DNA from: an uncultured Clostridia bacterium
GTDB lineage: Bacteria; Bacillota_I; Bacilli_A; RF39; UBA660
Reading direction: 5' to 3'
Assembly (NCBI GenBank): GCA_945871105.1
Contig: CAMBUO010000004.1
Location: 2,131-66,130, forward strand
DNA length: 64,000 nt
In this document: positions 32,104 to 42,436 of the stretch, piece by piece
Layout of the letters: each line of letters begins with the position of its first letter
Numbering within the stretch: the first letter of the stretch is position 1
Position numbers and translations under genes: made by a program
Notes under the pieces: generated by a model
What the model was told of the DNA's origin: nothing
Seen by the model: the letters and a program-made list of their open reading frames with translations, nothing else
Database searches by the model: none

Positions 32104-34914
32104 TTATTTTAATATTTTCTTTAAAAATTCTCCCGTATAACTTTCTTTTACTTTAGCAATATTTTCAGGATTTCCTGTTGCAACAATAGTTCCTCCATTT
32201 GTTCCACCATCTGGTCCTAAATCAATAATATAATCAGCAGATTTTATAACATCAAGATTATGTTCAATTACTAAAACAGTATCGCCATTTTCGACTATAC
32301 GATTTAAAATACTAAGTAATCTTTTAATATCAGCGGAATGTAAACCAGTTGTTGGTTCATCTAAAATAAATAAAGTTTTACCTGTTGCCTTTTTTTGTAA
32401 TTCTTTGGATAATTTAACACGTCCAGCTTCTCCTCCTGATAAAGTGGTTGCACTTTGACCAAGTTTAACATAACCAAGACCTACATCTTCTAATACTTGT
32501 AATTTACTCTTAATTTTTGGAACATTATCAAAGAATGCTAAAGCTTCTGTTACCCGCATATTTAAAACATCAGCTATACTTTTGTCTTTATATTTAATAG
32601 ATAAAGTTTCACTATTGTATCTTGTTCCATGACAAACTTCACAAGGAATATAAACATCTGGTAAGAAATGCATAGCTATTTTTTTTACTCCATCGCCAAA
32701 ACAAGCTTCACATCTTCCACCTTTTACATTAAAAGAAAATCTATTTTTACCATAACCTAACATTTTAGCTTCTTTTGTCGTTGCAAATAAATCTCTAATA
32801 TCATCAAATACACCGGTATAAGTAGCTGGATTTGATCTTGGCGTTCTGCCAATTGGATTTTGCGTAATAATAACAACTTTATCTAAGTTATCAAGACCTA
32901 CTATTTTTTTATGTTTTCCTGGTTTTATTTTAGATTTATAAATATAATTCATACAAGCTTTAGCAAGTATTTCCATAACTAAACTACTTTTACCTGATCC
33001 TGATACACCGGTTACACAATTAAACACGCCAAGTGGAATTTTAACATCAATATTTTGTAAATTATTTTCCGATGCTCCTTTTATTTCAATAAACTTACCA
33101 TTACCTTTTCTTCTAATTTTTGGTACTTCAATGCATTCTTTTCCACTTAAATATCTACCGGTAATACTATTTTCATTTTGCATAACTTCTTGAGGAGTTC
33201 CAGCGGCAACAACATAACCACCATTTTCCCCAGCACCTGGCCCAATATCTACTAAATAATCACTAGCTAACATGGTATCCGTATCATGTTCAACAACAAT
33301 TAGAGTGTTTCCTAAATCACGCATATCAAGTAAAGACTTAATTAACTTTTCATTGTCTTTTTGATGTAAACCAATACTAGGTTCATCAAGAACATATAAA
33401 ACACCGGTTAATCTTGATCCTATTTGTGTAGCAAGTCTTATTCTTTGGGCTTCTCCTCCAGATAAAGTACCAGCTGATCTAGCTAACGTTAAATATTCAA
33501 GTCCCACATTTTGTAAAAAATTCAAGCGATTAATTATTTCTTTGACAATTAATTCAGATATTTTTTGTTCTGATTCCGTTAATTTTAAATTATTAAACCA
33601 ATTTAAAGCTTCTTTAATAGACATACATGTTACTTCATAAATATTTTTATTATTAATTTTTATATTTAAAACACTTTCATTTAATCTAGCTTCATGACAT
33701 ACTTCACATGGCAGTTCAATCATATATTGTTCTAACCAATCTCTTATCCATTCACTAGAAGTTTCCATATAACGTCTTTCTAAATTATTAATAACACCTT
33801 CAAAATAATCATGATTTTTAGTTACATTACCACTTCTACTTGTAATATTAAAAGTTAAAATATCCGGAGAACCATATAAAACAATATCTTTTTCCTTTTT
33901 AGTTAACTTTTTAAACGGTTTATCCATATCAATTTTATAATAATCACAAACAGCTTTTAATCTTTTATATTCAATTGAATCTTGATCATCATTTAAAGTT
34001 TTAATACATTTTTCATTTAAACTTAAAGAATCATCTGGTATTACTAAGTCAACATCTATTTTTAATTTAACTCCAAGCCCTTTACATTCAGGACAAGCAC
34101 CATATGGAGCATTGAAACTAAACATTCTAGGTTCTGGTTTAGAAATTGAATAATTACAATGAGGACAAGCATAGGTAGTAGAAAATAAAGTTTCTTCTCC
34201 CCCTACAATATTTATTAATACTTTCCCGTTAGCAAGATTACAAGCATTTTCAATTGATTCATATAAACGACTTCTAATTCCTTCTTTAATAACAATTCTA
34301 TCTACAACAACATCTATCTTACTTTTTATATTTTTTTCAAGATTAATATCTTCTGATAAATCATACATTTCATCATTAATACGAACACGAATATAACCAT
34401 CTTTTCTTAAATCATCTAAAATATCTTTATGTGTTCCTTTTAAAGAATCAACAACTGGAGCTAAAATAATTAACTTAGTTCCTTCGCCAAAACTTTCTAC
34501 TTTATTAACGATTTCTTCAATACTTTGACTAGTAATTGGTATTTGATGAGTTGGACAATAAGGAATACCAATTCTTGCAAATAAAAGTCTTAAATAATCA
34601 TATATTTCTGTTACAGTACCAACGGTTGATCGAGGATTTTTACTAGTAGTTTTTTGATCAATTGATATACTAGGTGATAACCCTTCTATACTATCAACAT
34701 CTGGTTTTTCCGATCCACCTAAAAACTGTCTAGCATAAGCTGATAAAGATTCAACATACCTTCTCTCTCCTTCAGCATAAATAGTATCAAAAGCTAAACT
34801 ACTTTTACCTGATCCAGATAAACCAGTCATAACAATTAATTTATTTTTAGGTAACTCTAAATCAATATTTTTTAAATTATTTTCTCTAGCTCCTTTTATA
34901 ATTATTTTATCCAT
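32104..34914 (-). CDS. uvrA: Excinuclease ABC subunit A
   Basis: GARENNLKNI, two ABC modules (GLSGSGKS, GVSGSGKS), Zn fingers. Start moved to ATG 34914. Confidence 0.97.
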   Translation of the reverse strand: MDKIIIKGARENNLKNIDLELPKNKLIVMTGLSGSGKSSLAFDTIYAEGERRYVESLSAYARQFLGGSEKPDVDSIEGLSPSISIDQKTTSKNPRSTVGTVTEIYDYLRLLFARIGIPYCPTHQIPITSQSIEEIVNKVESFGEGTKLIILAPVVDSLKGTHKDILDDLRKDGYIRVRINDEMYDLSEDINLEKNIKSKIDVVVDRIVIKEGIRSRLYESIENACNLANGKVLINIVGGEETLFSTTYACPHCNYSISKPEPRMFSFNAPYGACPECKGLGVKLKIDVDLVIPDDSLSLNEKCIKTLNDDQDSIEYKRLKAVCDYYKIDMDKPFKKLTKKEKDIVLYGSPDILTFNITSRSGNVTKNHDYFEGVINNLERRYMETSSEWIRDWLEQYMIELPCEVCHEARLNESVLNIKINNKNIYEVTCMSIKEALNWFNNLKLTESEQKISELIVKEIINRLNFLQNVGLEYLTLARSAGTLSGGEAQRIRLATQIGSRLTGVLYVLDEPSIGLHQKDNEKLIKSLLDMRDLGNTLIVVEHDTDTMLASDYLVDIGPGAGENGGYVVAAGTPQEVMQNENSITGRYLSGKECIEVPKIRRKGNGKFIEIKGASENNLQNIDVKIPLGVFNCVTGVSGSGKSSLVMEILAKACMNYIYKSKIKPGKHKKIVGLDNLDKVVIITQNPIGRTPRSNPATYTGVFDDIRDLFATTKEAKMLGYGKNRFSFNVKGGRCEACFGDGVKKIAMHFLPDVYIPCEVCHGTRYNSETLSIKYKDKSIADVLNMRVTEALAFFDNVPKIKSKLQVLEDVGLGYVKLGQSATTLSGGEAGRVKLSKELQKKATGKTLFILDEPTTGLHSADIKRLLSILNRIVENGDTVLVIEHNLDVIKSADYIIDLGPDGGTNGGTIVATGNPENIAKVKESYTGEFLKKILK

Positions 34915-35034
34915 AATACACCTCAAAAATCGAAAATAGTATATCATAAAATTAGAAAAAATAACAGAGGTAAAAAATGGTCTATTATTAATAAATACTA
35001 ACCTTGTAGTATAAACGCATTTAATTTATATTTA

Positions 35035-35610
35035 TTACTTTCTTTTTAAAAATTTACCATACATAACTAAATTAATCAGAATTGAATTAATAATAATTAC
35101 TACAATAGCATACAATAATTTTTTTATTCCAAATTGAAAACATCCTATTAATAAAATAATAATATTAATGATTAAATTAATTGTTCCTACTTTAATATTT
35201 TTATATTTATTAATAATCGGAGCAATCGTATTAATACCACCGGCTGTAAAACCTAATTTATAGATATAACCATTAGTTAAACCAGATATTATACCTGTTA
35301 TAATAACATTTAATAGATTAGTTGAAATATTTAAATTGAAAAAACTAGTTAACTTAATAAATAAAGGATAAGAGATGGTAGCTATAACTGTTCCTAAAGT
35401 AGTTTCTTTCTTTAAAAAGATATAACTTAAAATTAGCATTAGTAAATTGATTATTAAAACAATTGTTGAATGAGGCATCTTAATTAATTCATGAATAATA
35501 ATAGCTAATCCTTGGTTACCACCAGTTACTAATTTCATTGGTTTTAAAAAGATATTAAAGTTAATAGCTGCTATTAATAAAATAAGTAGTAATTTTAAAT
35601 ATTTTTTCAT
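35035..35610 (-). CDS. YitT family membrane protein (membrane domain only)
   Basis: FLKPMKLVTGGNQGLAII, GFTAGGINTIA; no C-terminal DUF2179 segment. Confidence 0.75.
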   Translation of the reverse strand: MKKYLKLLLILLIAAINFNIFLKPMKLVTGGNQGLAIIIHELIKMPHSTIVLIINLLMLILSYIFLKKETTLGTVIATISYPLFIKLTSFFNLNISTNLLNVIITGIISGLTNGYIYKLGFTAGGINTIAPIINKYKNIKVGTINLIINIIILLIGCFQFGIKKLLYAIVVIIINSILINLVMYGKFLKRK

Positions 35611-35642
35611 ATTTCTCCTAAAAAAAAGAAGTAATAATACTT

Positions 35643-36747
35643 CTATAAATTTATATTTTGTTTTAAATAACTTTCAATAAAAGAATCTAAATCTCCATCT
35701 AAAACTTTTAAAACATTACTAGTTTCATAATTAGTTCGATGGTCTTTAACTAAAGAATATGGATGCATAACATAACTTCTTATTTGGGAACCAAACTCGA
35801 TATTCATACTTTCTCCTTTGACATTTTGTAATTCTTGATTTCTTTTTTCAATTTCAATTAGCTTTAATTTATTTTTTAACATTCGCATAGCTTCTTCTCT
35901 ATTTTGAATCTGACTTCTTTGATTTTGACAAGTAACTACAATTTTAGAAGGTAAATGCGTTATTCGAACAGCACTATCAGTAGTATTAATATGTTGTCCT
36001 CCAGCACCACTACTTCTATAAACATCGATTTTTAAATCTTTTTCTTCAATTTTCACATCGTCTACTTCTTTAAATTCAGGAATAATATCGACCGAAGCAA
36101 AAGAAGTATGTCTTTTATTATTAGCATCAAATGGAGATAATCTTACTAATCGATGCACGCCTTTTTCACTTTTTAATTTACCATAAGCATATAATCCTTC
36201 TACTTTTAAAGAAACACTTTTAATACCTGCTTCTTCTCCATCTAAAAGGGAAATAACTTCATATTTAAACTTATGATCATCTAAATATCTTGTATACATG
36301 CGATATAACATATTAGTCCAATCACAAGCCTCAGTTCCTCCTGCTCCAGCATGAATTTCTAAAAGACAATTATTTTTATCATAATCACCAGAAAACAAAG
36401 TAAACATTTCCACATCACTTAATCTTTTTTGTAAACTAGTTAATTCTTGTTCAATTTTATCTTTGATACTTAAATCCATTTCTATTTCTAAAATATCTAA
36501 ATATTCCAGATTATTTAAAACATCTTTTTTTAAATCATTTATAGTATAAACTATTTCTTTTAAATTATTTAATTCATCCATGATTTTATTAACATTATTT
36601 TTATCTTGCCAAAAATCAGGTTCATTAGTTATACTTTCTAATTCTTTAATTCTTTCTTGTTTATTATCAATGTCAAAGTAACCTCCATAATTCAGTTACT
36701 TTATCTTGAATATTTAATAATTCATTTTTTAATATATTTATATCCAT
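35643..36747 (-). CDS. prfB: Peptide chain release factor 2 with programmed +1 frameshift
   Basis: GGQ and SPF motifs. True start ATG 36747 (MDINILKNELL...WRLL), then CTT-TGA-C slips into D-IDNKQERIKELE, joining the tracked ORF. Confidence 0.96.
36672..36686 (-). promoter_or_regulatory. prfB +1 frameshift signal
   Basis: Minus strand GGAGG-TTA-CTTTGAC: internal SD three nt before the slippery CTT TGA C. Confidence 0.95.
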
Positions 36748-36755
36748 ATATCTCC

Positions 36756-37433
36756 TTATTTAGCAATTATTTCAGCATCTTCTATTTTAGAATCTTTTTT
36801 ATTAACTATTTCTTTTTCTAAGACTTCTTGTTTTTCTTCAACTGTTTCTGTGGATATAACTTTAGTATTAGCTAAAATATCTTGTAATCCTCTTCCGTTT
36901 TTACTAAATAAAATCATAGCAAGAGAAACTATATAAACAAAGGAAAAAACATAAGAAATAATATTATAAGAAGTTAAATAAATATCTTTACTAAATAATA
37001 AAATAGTTATTATTGTTATAATATTTATTAAAACTGAATCAATTACTAAAGCTCTAATTAGATAATTATTCATTGTTAATTTTTTATCATTATTCGATGT
37101 AATTTTAATTTTCATTAATTTTTTACCTAAAGTTTCCCCATTCATAAAGTAAGTTAAAACTACAAAATAAATTATACTTAATACCGTAGAAACAATAGTT
37201 TGAGGGACACCTTCTTTATTTAATTGATAATTTATATCAGTTCCTTTTTCTAAATATTCTTCCATCGTTACTTCTTGATTACGATAATCTATAGTTAAAG
37301 TTTCAAATTCTTTATTTAATTTGTTATAATTTTCACTTGTTGGAACAAAATATGTTAATAAAAGTGAAACGAAAGAAATTATCATAATATCAACAAGATA
37401 AGCTAATACTCTTTTATAACTATTTGCTTTCAT
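36756..37433 (-). CDS. RDD family membrane protein
   Basis: KRVLAYLVD, GETLGKKLMKIKI, RGLQDILANTKV. Confidence 0.87.
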   Translation of the reverse strand: MKANSYKRVLAYLVDIMIISFVSLLLTYFVPTSENYNKLNKEFETLTIDYRNQEVTMEEYLEKGTDINYQLNKEGVPQTIVSTVLSIIYFVVLTYFMNGETLGKKLMKIKITSNNDKKLTMNNYLIRALVIDSVLINIITIITILLFSKDIYLTSYNIISYVFSFVYIVSLAMILFSKNGRGLQDILANTKVISTETVEEKQEVLEKEIVNKKDSKIEDAEIIAK

Positions 37434-38400
37434 TTAAATCCTCCTTTAACTGATTTAATAAGTTAATTATATCACATATTTTAGTTGTTTGAAAAATTTT
37501 ATTCTTAACTTCAACGCTTCCTTTAATACCTTTCAAATACCAGGCAGCATGATTTCTTATTTCTAAACAAACTAATTTTTCTGGTTTAATTTGACTTAAG
37601 TAATTAATATGTTTAAGACACATATCTATTTTATCTATATCTGTTGGTTTTTTTAAAATTGTTCCATCTTCTAAATAAGCATTTATTTCTCTTATTAACC
37701 AAGGATTACCTAGTACTCCTCTTCCAATCATGATTAAATCGCATCCGGTTTCATCTAACATAGCTTTAGCTTTATAAATATCGGTTATATCTCCATTACC
37801 GATTACTGGAATTTTAACTGCTTCTTTGACTTGTTTAATAATATTCCAATCAGCTTTACCACTATAACCTTGACTTCTTGTTCGAGGATGAACACAAATA
37901 GCACTAGCTCCAGCACTTTCACATATTTTAGCAACTTCAACAGCATTTATATTATTTTGATCCCAACCACTTCTGATTTTAACCGTAACAGGTACACTTA
38001 CAGCTTTTACAACACTAGAAACTATTTCATATATTTTTTGAGGATCTTTTAAAAGAGCTGCACCAGCTTGTGATTTAACTGCTACTTTAGGTACCGGACA
38101 CCCCATATTAATATCAATAATATCTGGTTTCATTTCTTTTTCGATATATTTAGCAGCTTCCACAAAGGATTCTTTATCACTTCCAAATATTTGTTGAACA
38201 ATTGGTCTTTCAATTTGTTCCATGAATAACATTTCTTTTGTCTTTTGATTGCCATAAAAAATAGCCTTATCACTAACCATTTCCGCATAGATTAAAGAAC
38301 AACCCATTTCCTTAATAATCTTTCGAAAAGCGCTATTACAAATACCAGCCATGGGAGCTAGAACTGTTTTACCTTTAATTTCTACATTTCCTATATACAT
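37420..38400 (-). CDS. dusB: tRNA-dihydrouridine synthase
   Basis: LAPMAG, DINMGCP, VKIRSGWD, GNGDI, GRGVLGNPW. Confidence 0.94.
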   Translation of the reverse strand: MYIGNVEIKGKTVLAPMAGICNSAFRKIIKEMGCSLIYAEMVSDKAIFYGNQKTKEMLFMEQIERPIVQQIFGSDKESFVEAAKYIEKEMKPDIIDINMGCPVPKVAVKSQAGAALLKDPQKIYEIVSSVVKAVSVPVTVKIRSGWDQNNINAVEVAKICESAGASAICVHPRTRSQGYSGKADWNIIKQVKEAVKIPVIGNGDITDIYKAKAMLDETGCDLIMIGRGVLGNPWLIREINAYLEDGTILKKPTDIDKIDMCLKHINYLSQIKPEKLVCLEIRNHAAWYLKGIKGSVEVKNKIFQTTKICDIINLLNQLKEDLNESK

Positions 38401-38414
38401 AAAATACTCCTTTT

Positions 38415-39413
38415 CTAAACTTTAGTTCTCGTACAAGTATCACTTAAATATTCATCAGGATTACTATATATTTCGATACAATATTGATTATCTTCTCCAC
38501 CACGAGGTCTAAATGTTGCATTTTGAGCATTAATTAAATATCTTTTAATATTATTACCACTTAAAGTAGTATCTAATCTTATTAATTTTGCTTTAGCTGG
38601 ATCTAAAACTAAAAAATCTGATTGCTGTAAATTATTAAAATCACATTTTTTTCTAATACCGACAATAGTAACAAAATGTCTTAAATTAGTATTGGGTTTT
38701 CCATTTACTTCTATTACCGTTGGTCTATCATTAATTAATTCAGAAGCCGCTATTTCTAATATTTCTGATATATCACAACTTGTTAAGCCAACGGTTGATC
38801 CTGTTAAATTTTCACTATCAGAAAATCTAAAAATATCACTTGCATAAGCATGTGCACATTGCCAACATTTATCTTTTTGCTGTTTTTTTAAATGATTATA
38901 ACCTTTACTAGTATCGATGATATAAAATATTTCTCCATCATACTTATAAGTTATTAAATCTGTATTTTCAAGAGAATATTCTTGATTTTTATCAATTACT
39001 TCTTCTTCAACTTCATTTGCTTCTTCATTAATAGCTAAATTATTTTCATCTTCATATTCCAAGTCTTCTATATTTTGATCATTTTCTTTATTGTCATCAG
39101 AGATAACTAAATCTTCTTTAGTATTTTTTTCAACAGATAAATCTAAATTATTTTGTTCTTCATCTAAAATAAAACTACTATCATCTACTTCTTGAAAAGA
39201 TGAAATAGGTGGGTATGAAAAATTAATTAAATCAGAAATACTAGTTTTTTCCTTATTATCAGGAACTTCTTTATTAATTGTAGATTTGTTTTGATTTTTA
39301 ATTAAAAAACTTGTTAAAACAACCGAAGTAGTTGCTAATAAAATTAAAACTTTATTTCTAATTTTTAAATTTTTAACTTTACTATTTGGTTTATTAAAAT
39401 TATCTTCTTCCAT
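38415..39413 (-). CDS. Membrane-anchored protein with C-terminal C39-like papain-fold domain
   Basis: N-terminal TM, acidic disordered linker, then QQKDKC...HFVTIVG...LVLDPA (Q/C/H/D). Confidence 0.7.
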   Translation of the reverse strand: MEEDNFNKPNSKVKNLKIRNKVLILLATTSVVLTSFLIKNQNKSTINKEVPDNKEKTSISDLINFSYPPISSFQEVDDSSFILDEEQNNLDLSVEKNTKEDLVISDDNKENDQNIEDLEYEDENNLAINEEANEVEEEVIDKNQEYSLENTDLITYKYDGEIFYIIDTSKGYNHLKKQQKDKCWQCAHAYASDIFRFSDSENLTGSTVGLTSCDISEILEIAASELINDRPTVIEVNGKPNTNLRHFVTIVGIRKKCDFNNLQQSDFLVLDPAKAKLIRLDTTLSGNNIKRYLINAQNATFRPRGGEDNQYCIEIYSNPDEYLSDTCTRTKV

Positions 39414-39435
39414 AAAACCTCCTCATTTACGAAGA

Positions 39436-39464
39436 ATTATAACAAATTTCACTATAATAGTCAA
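39436..39464 (-). promoter_or_regulatory. SigA-type promoter of the anchored C39-like gene
   Basis: Minus strand TTGACT-17 nt-TATAAT with extended TG; GAGGAGG RBS follows. Confidence 0.7.
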
Positions 39465-39484
39465 AAAGAGACATTTAAGTCTCT
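39463..39484 (-). terminator. Terminator closing the WXG100 operon
   Basis: AGAGAC-attta-AGTCTCT hairpin with a T-run on the minus strand. Confidence 0.55.
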
Positions 39485-39544
39485 AAAATTTATTACCATA
39501 TTCAAATATTTCATTTTTTATTTAATAGCTATTAATGATAAAAG

Positions 39545-40891
39545 TTATGAATCAAAGTCAATAATATACTCATATAAATCAGTGTTTTCGACATTTTGTT
39601 TAACTATTTTATAGTTTTGACCATTTATCGCAATATACTCCATAGGGCCTATATCTGGAATTTGTGTGGAACCATTTATAGTTAAATAGTTACCAGAAAT
39701 ACCATAATCACCAGCTGCTACAATCATAGAGCGCCTTCCTCCATCAAAAGTATCAGTTCCATAAACATAGCTAGCTTTATTTTTTCCTGTATCAGCAATC
39801 ATAAATCCTTTTGTATCAGATTCTCCTGTTAAAGATGCTACATGTCTTTCTTTGCTTAAACTATAAACAATAGTAGCACTGGAATCTGTAGCATTTACTA
39901 CTTGATTTTCTGACAAACGGCCGCCATTAGTATATAAAATTTTCACACCATATATATCTGAAATTGCTTCTGCTATTGGCTCATAGTCTCCCATATAACC
40001 TGGAAAATACGTATTTAACCCTGATTTACCATTTGCTTTAGCATATTCACTTAATGAGTTTGCAACATCTAATGGTGTAACTATTACATCGTTTCCTGTT
40101 TTATAAGATAACGTTGAAGTTAAAGCCGTAGCTAAACTCATAATTCCACATCCAGATCGTTCTAAAGATACACCATCAATAGTTTTAATCCATGGGCCAT
40201 ACTTTTGATTATAGCGTACTGTTAATTTGCCATCTGGACCATGGGTATATTCAACTGAATCTAATCCTAAAATATAGTCTGCGTCTTCTGTAAAATGAGC
40301 AAATTCTGAATTAATATTAAAAGGCATTCCAATACTATTATTAATATTTAAAATTTCACCATCAATAGTTTTCAACTCTTCTAGTTTATCATTTATTGAT
40401 TGAAAATATTCTTCACATTCATCATTCTTAGATTTACATTCACCATTCCAAATACTAAGTGCATTAGCATAACCTGGATAAGTAATATGAATATTCCCAA
40501 GTCCATCTCCTTCTTCATGCATATAATGACTTTTTATTGGTTTTTTACTTAATAATGTTTTTAAATTCATTGTTTCTGTATTAAGTTTTTGTAGTAATTC
40601 TAATAACTCTTTATATAAAGTTTCCGCTTTTTGCCAATTAGTTTCTATACTACTTTTTGTTTGTGATATATTATCCAAACAAATTTGAATATTACTATCC
40701 ACAGCTTCTTTAGCAGAATCATTCCATTCATCTGATGAAATATCCAATATTTTTTGTAAATATTCTTCAACTTTAGTTAAATTTTCAATCAAATTAACAC
40801 AAGGATGGCTATCAATATTAGTGACCGCTTTTTCTATTTTGGAATAATAAGTATTATAAATTTCTTCATATTTTGATATATCTATATTCAT
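39545..40891 (-). CDS. Putative type VII-like substrate: helical N-terminus plus C39-like papain-fold domain
   Basis: No signal peptide; helical N-terminal ~180 aa with EWNDSAKE turn; C-terminal YNQ..W...SGCGIMSLA...VTP...HVASL...IAD. Confidence 0.68.
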   Translation of the reverse strand: MNIDISKYEEIYNTYYSKIEKAVTNIDSHPCVNLIENLTKVEEYLQKILDISSDEWNDSAKEAVDSNIQICLDNISQTKSSIETNWQKAETLYKELLELLQKLNTETMNLKTLLSKKPIKSHYMHEEGDGLGNIHITYPGYANALSIWNGECKSKNDECEEYFQSINDKLEELKTIDGEILNINNSIGMPFNINSEFAHFTEDADYILGLDSVEYTHGPDGKLTVRYNQKYGPWIKTIDGVSLERSGCGIMSLATALTSTLSYKTGNDVIVTPLDVANSLSEYAKANGKSGLNTYFPGYMGDYEPIAEAISDIYGVKILYTNGGRLSENQVVNATDSSATIVYSLSKERHVASLTGESDTKGFMIADTGKNKASYVYGTDTFDGGRRSMIVAAGDYGISGNYLTINGSTQIPDIGPMEYIAINGQNYKIVKQNVENTDLYEYIIDFDS

Positions 40892-40899
40892 TTTTTCAC

Positions 40900-41223
40900 C
40901 TATAATTTTTCTACTGAAATATCACTATCTATTTTTGCTATAGACCCGCTTAGATCTCTATCAACATCTTCATATGATGTTTTAGCTAATTTAAGTAAAT
41001 CAGTGCATTCTTTTAAATAATTCAATAATTGATTATCTAGTTTATTCATATATGGTATCAATTTTTCATCCATTTCAATCTTTTCTTTTGATTTCCATTT
41101 TTTATCATCTAAAGTTCTAATCGCATCATTAGAGTTTTTAATTAAATCTACTATTTCTAAATTATCTTGTTCTAACTTAACAATTAAATCATCTAAACTA
41201 GAATGTAATTTAATATCTGACAT
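40900..41223 (-). CDS. WXG100-like protein
   Basis: 107 aa helix-turn-helix with central KWKSK and C-terminal YEDVD (YxxxD). Confidence 0.6.
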   Translation of the reverse strand: MSDIKLHSSLDDLIVKLEQDNLEIVDLIKNSNDAIRTLDDKKWKSKEKIEMDEKLIPYMNKLDNQLLNYLKECTDLLKLAKTSYEDVDRDLSGSIAKIDSDISVEKL

Positions 41224-41231
41224 GTACCCTC

Positions 41232-41618
41232 CTATATTTCGTGGAGATTATTATCTCCTTCTAATATTTCTGTTGAAAAAATACTTTCGCTATCTATAAA
41301 AGCTGAATTATTACTATCTAAATTTTCTAAGGAAGAATTAATATCTTTTTTAGCTTTATTTAAATTTTCTTGATATTTACCAGATATTTTTTGAGTATAA
41401 ATAGCATAATTTTCATAATTTAACATGATGCTATCTAAATTATTAATTCTTTCTTTGTATTTATTAATTATTAGTTCAGCATCGGCTCCTTTATATACAT
41501 TTCTTATACTTTCAATATCATTTAAAACTTTTTGTTTTAAACTTTTATATTCATCTAATTGAGTTTTTAAATAATCTCCAACACTAGAAATAGCAACTGG
41601 ATCAATTCTTCTTTTCAT
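41232..41618 (-). CDS. WXG100-like protein
   Basis: RIDPVAI...VYKGADAE...YQEN; WXG position reads YKG. Confidence 0.7.
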   Translation of the reverse strand: MKRRIDPVAISSVGDYLKTQLDEYKSLKQKVLNDIESIRNVYKGADAELIINKYKERINNLDSIMLNYENYAIYTQKISGKYQENLNKAKKDINSSLENLDSNNSAFIDSESIFSTEILEGDNNLHEI

Positions 41619-42418
41619 TTTAACTCCTTTAAATATGTTTTAAATACATAGGCTTCTTGACCATTATATTTAATTTTGGTCCAATCAGGATCGCTAGTTT
41701 CATCAATTATTTCAACTTCAGCATCTATATTCAAATTTCCTATTATATTTTCCTTGCTACTTGCATTTGGACTGCTACGGACATTTAAATGCTTTGAGTT
41801 CTTCATATTACCTACCCTAGCATATTTAGGAACTGACATTTCAGGAGAAATTTCTGGATTAACTGGGGTAGTATTTTTGCTAGGATCAGTTATATTCACA
41901 TATCCTTTGGAAACATATCCCGTTTTACCATCTTCTGTGATAACTTCAATCCAATCACCTGACTTATTGCCCGTTAAAGTTAATTTAGCATCATTTTTTA
42001 AAGAACCAATTACGTCATAATTTTTTCCAGCTCCACTACGAAGATTTAAAGATGTAGATACTTGAACAATACCTATTTTTGCTCCTGTCATCTCAGTGCT
42101 TTTTTCTGCTAAAACATTTGTTCCTGTTATAGAAAAATCAAAATCTAAGATAGCTGGTTGTTCTATTGAATCAGCAATACTCATATTTTCATTAATATAA
42201 TTTTTAGCTGAGGTAATTAATCTTTTACATCCATCAAAAACATTATTTAAATTATCAAAAATATTTTTAGTATAATTCAATGTATATACTTGATCAGCAT
42301 AATTAGAAGCTTGAATATCAATTTGAAATTTACTATCATCCATGGAAAACATGCATTCATCACGTACTTCAATAGTATCAGCGGGAGTTCCTTCAGTATA
42401 TGCATAAGTTTTACTCAT
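41615..42418 (-). CDS. Signal-less protein with two bacterial SH3 (SH3b) domains
   Basis: LNLRSGAGKNYDVIG...WIEV...GYVSKGY and LNVRSSPN...IIG...WTKI...AYVFKTYL; non-hydrophobic N-terminus. Confidence 0.82.
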   Translation of the reverse strand: MSKTYAYTEGTPADTIEVRDECMFSMDDSKFQIDIQASNYADQVYTLNYTKNIFDNLNNVFDGCKRLITSAKNYINENMSIADSIEQPAILDFDFSITGTNVLAEKSTEMTGAKIGIVQVSTSLNLRSGAGKNYDVIGSLKNDAKLTLTGNKSGDWIEVITEDGKTGYVSKGYVNITDPSKNTTPVNPEISPEMSVPKYARVGNMKNSKHLNVRSSPNASSKENIIGNLNIDAEVEIIDETSDPDWTKIKYNGQEAYVFKTYLKELK

Positions 42419-42436
42419 ATATTTCCCTCTTCAATA

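Noticed and set aside
35643-36747. prfB as a pseudogene or truncated gene
   Set aside because: The in-frame TGA is the canonical programmed +1 frameshift site.
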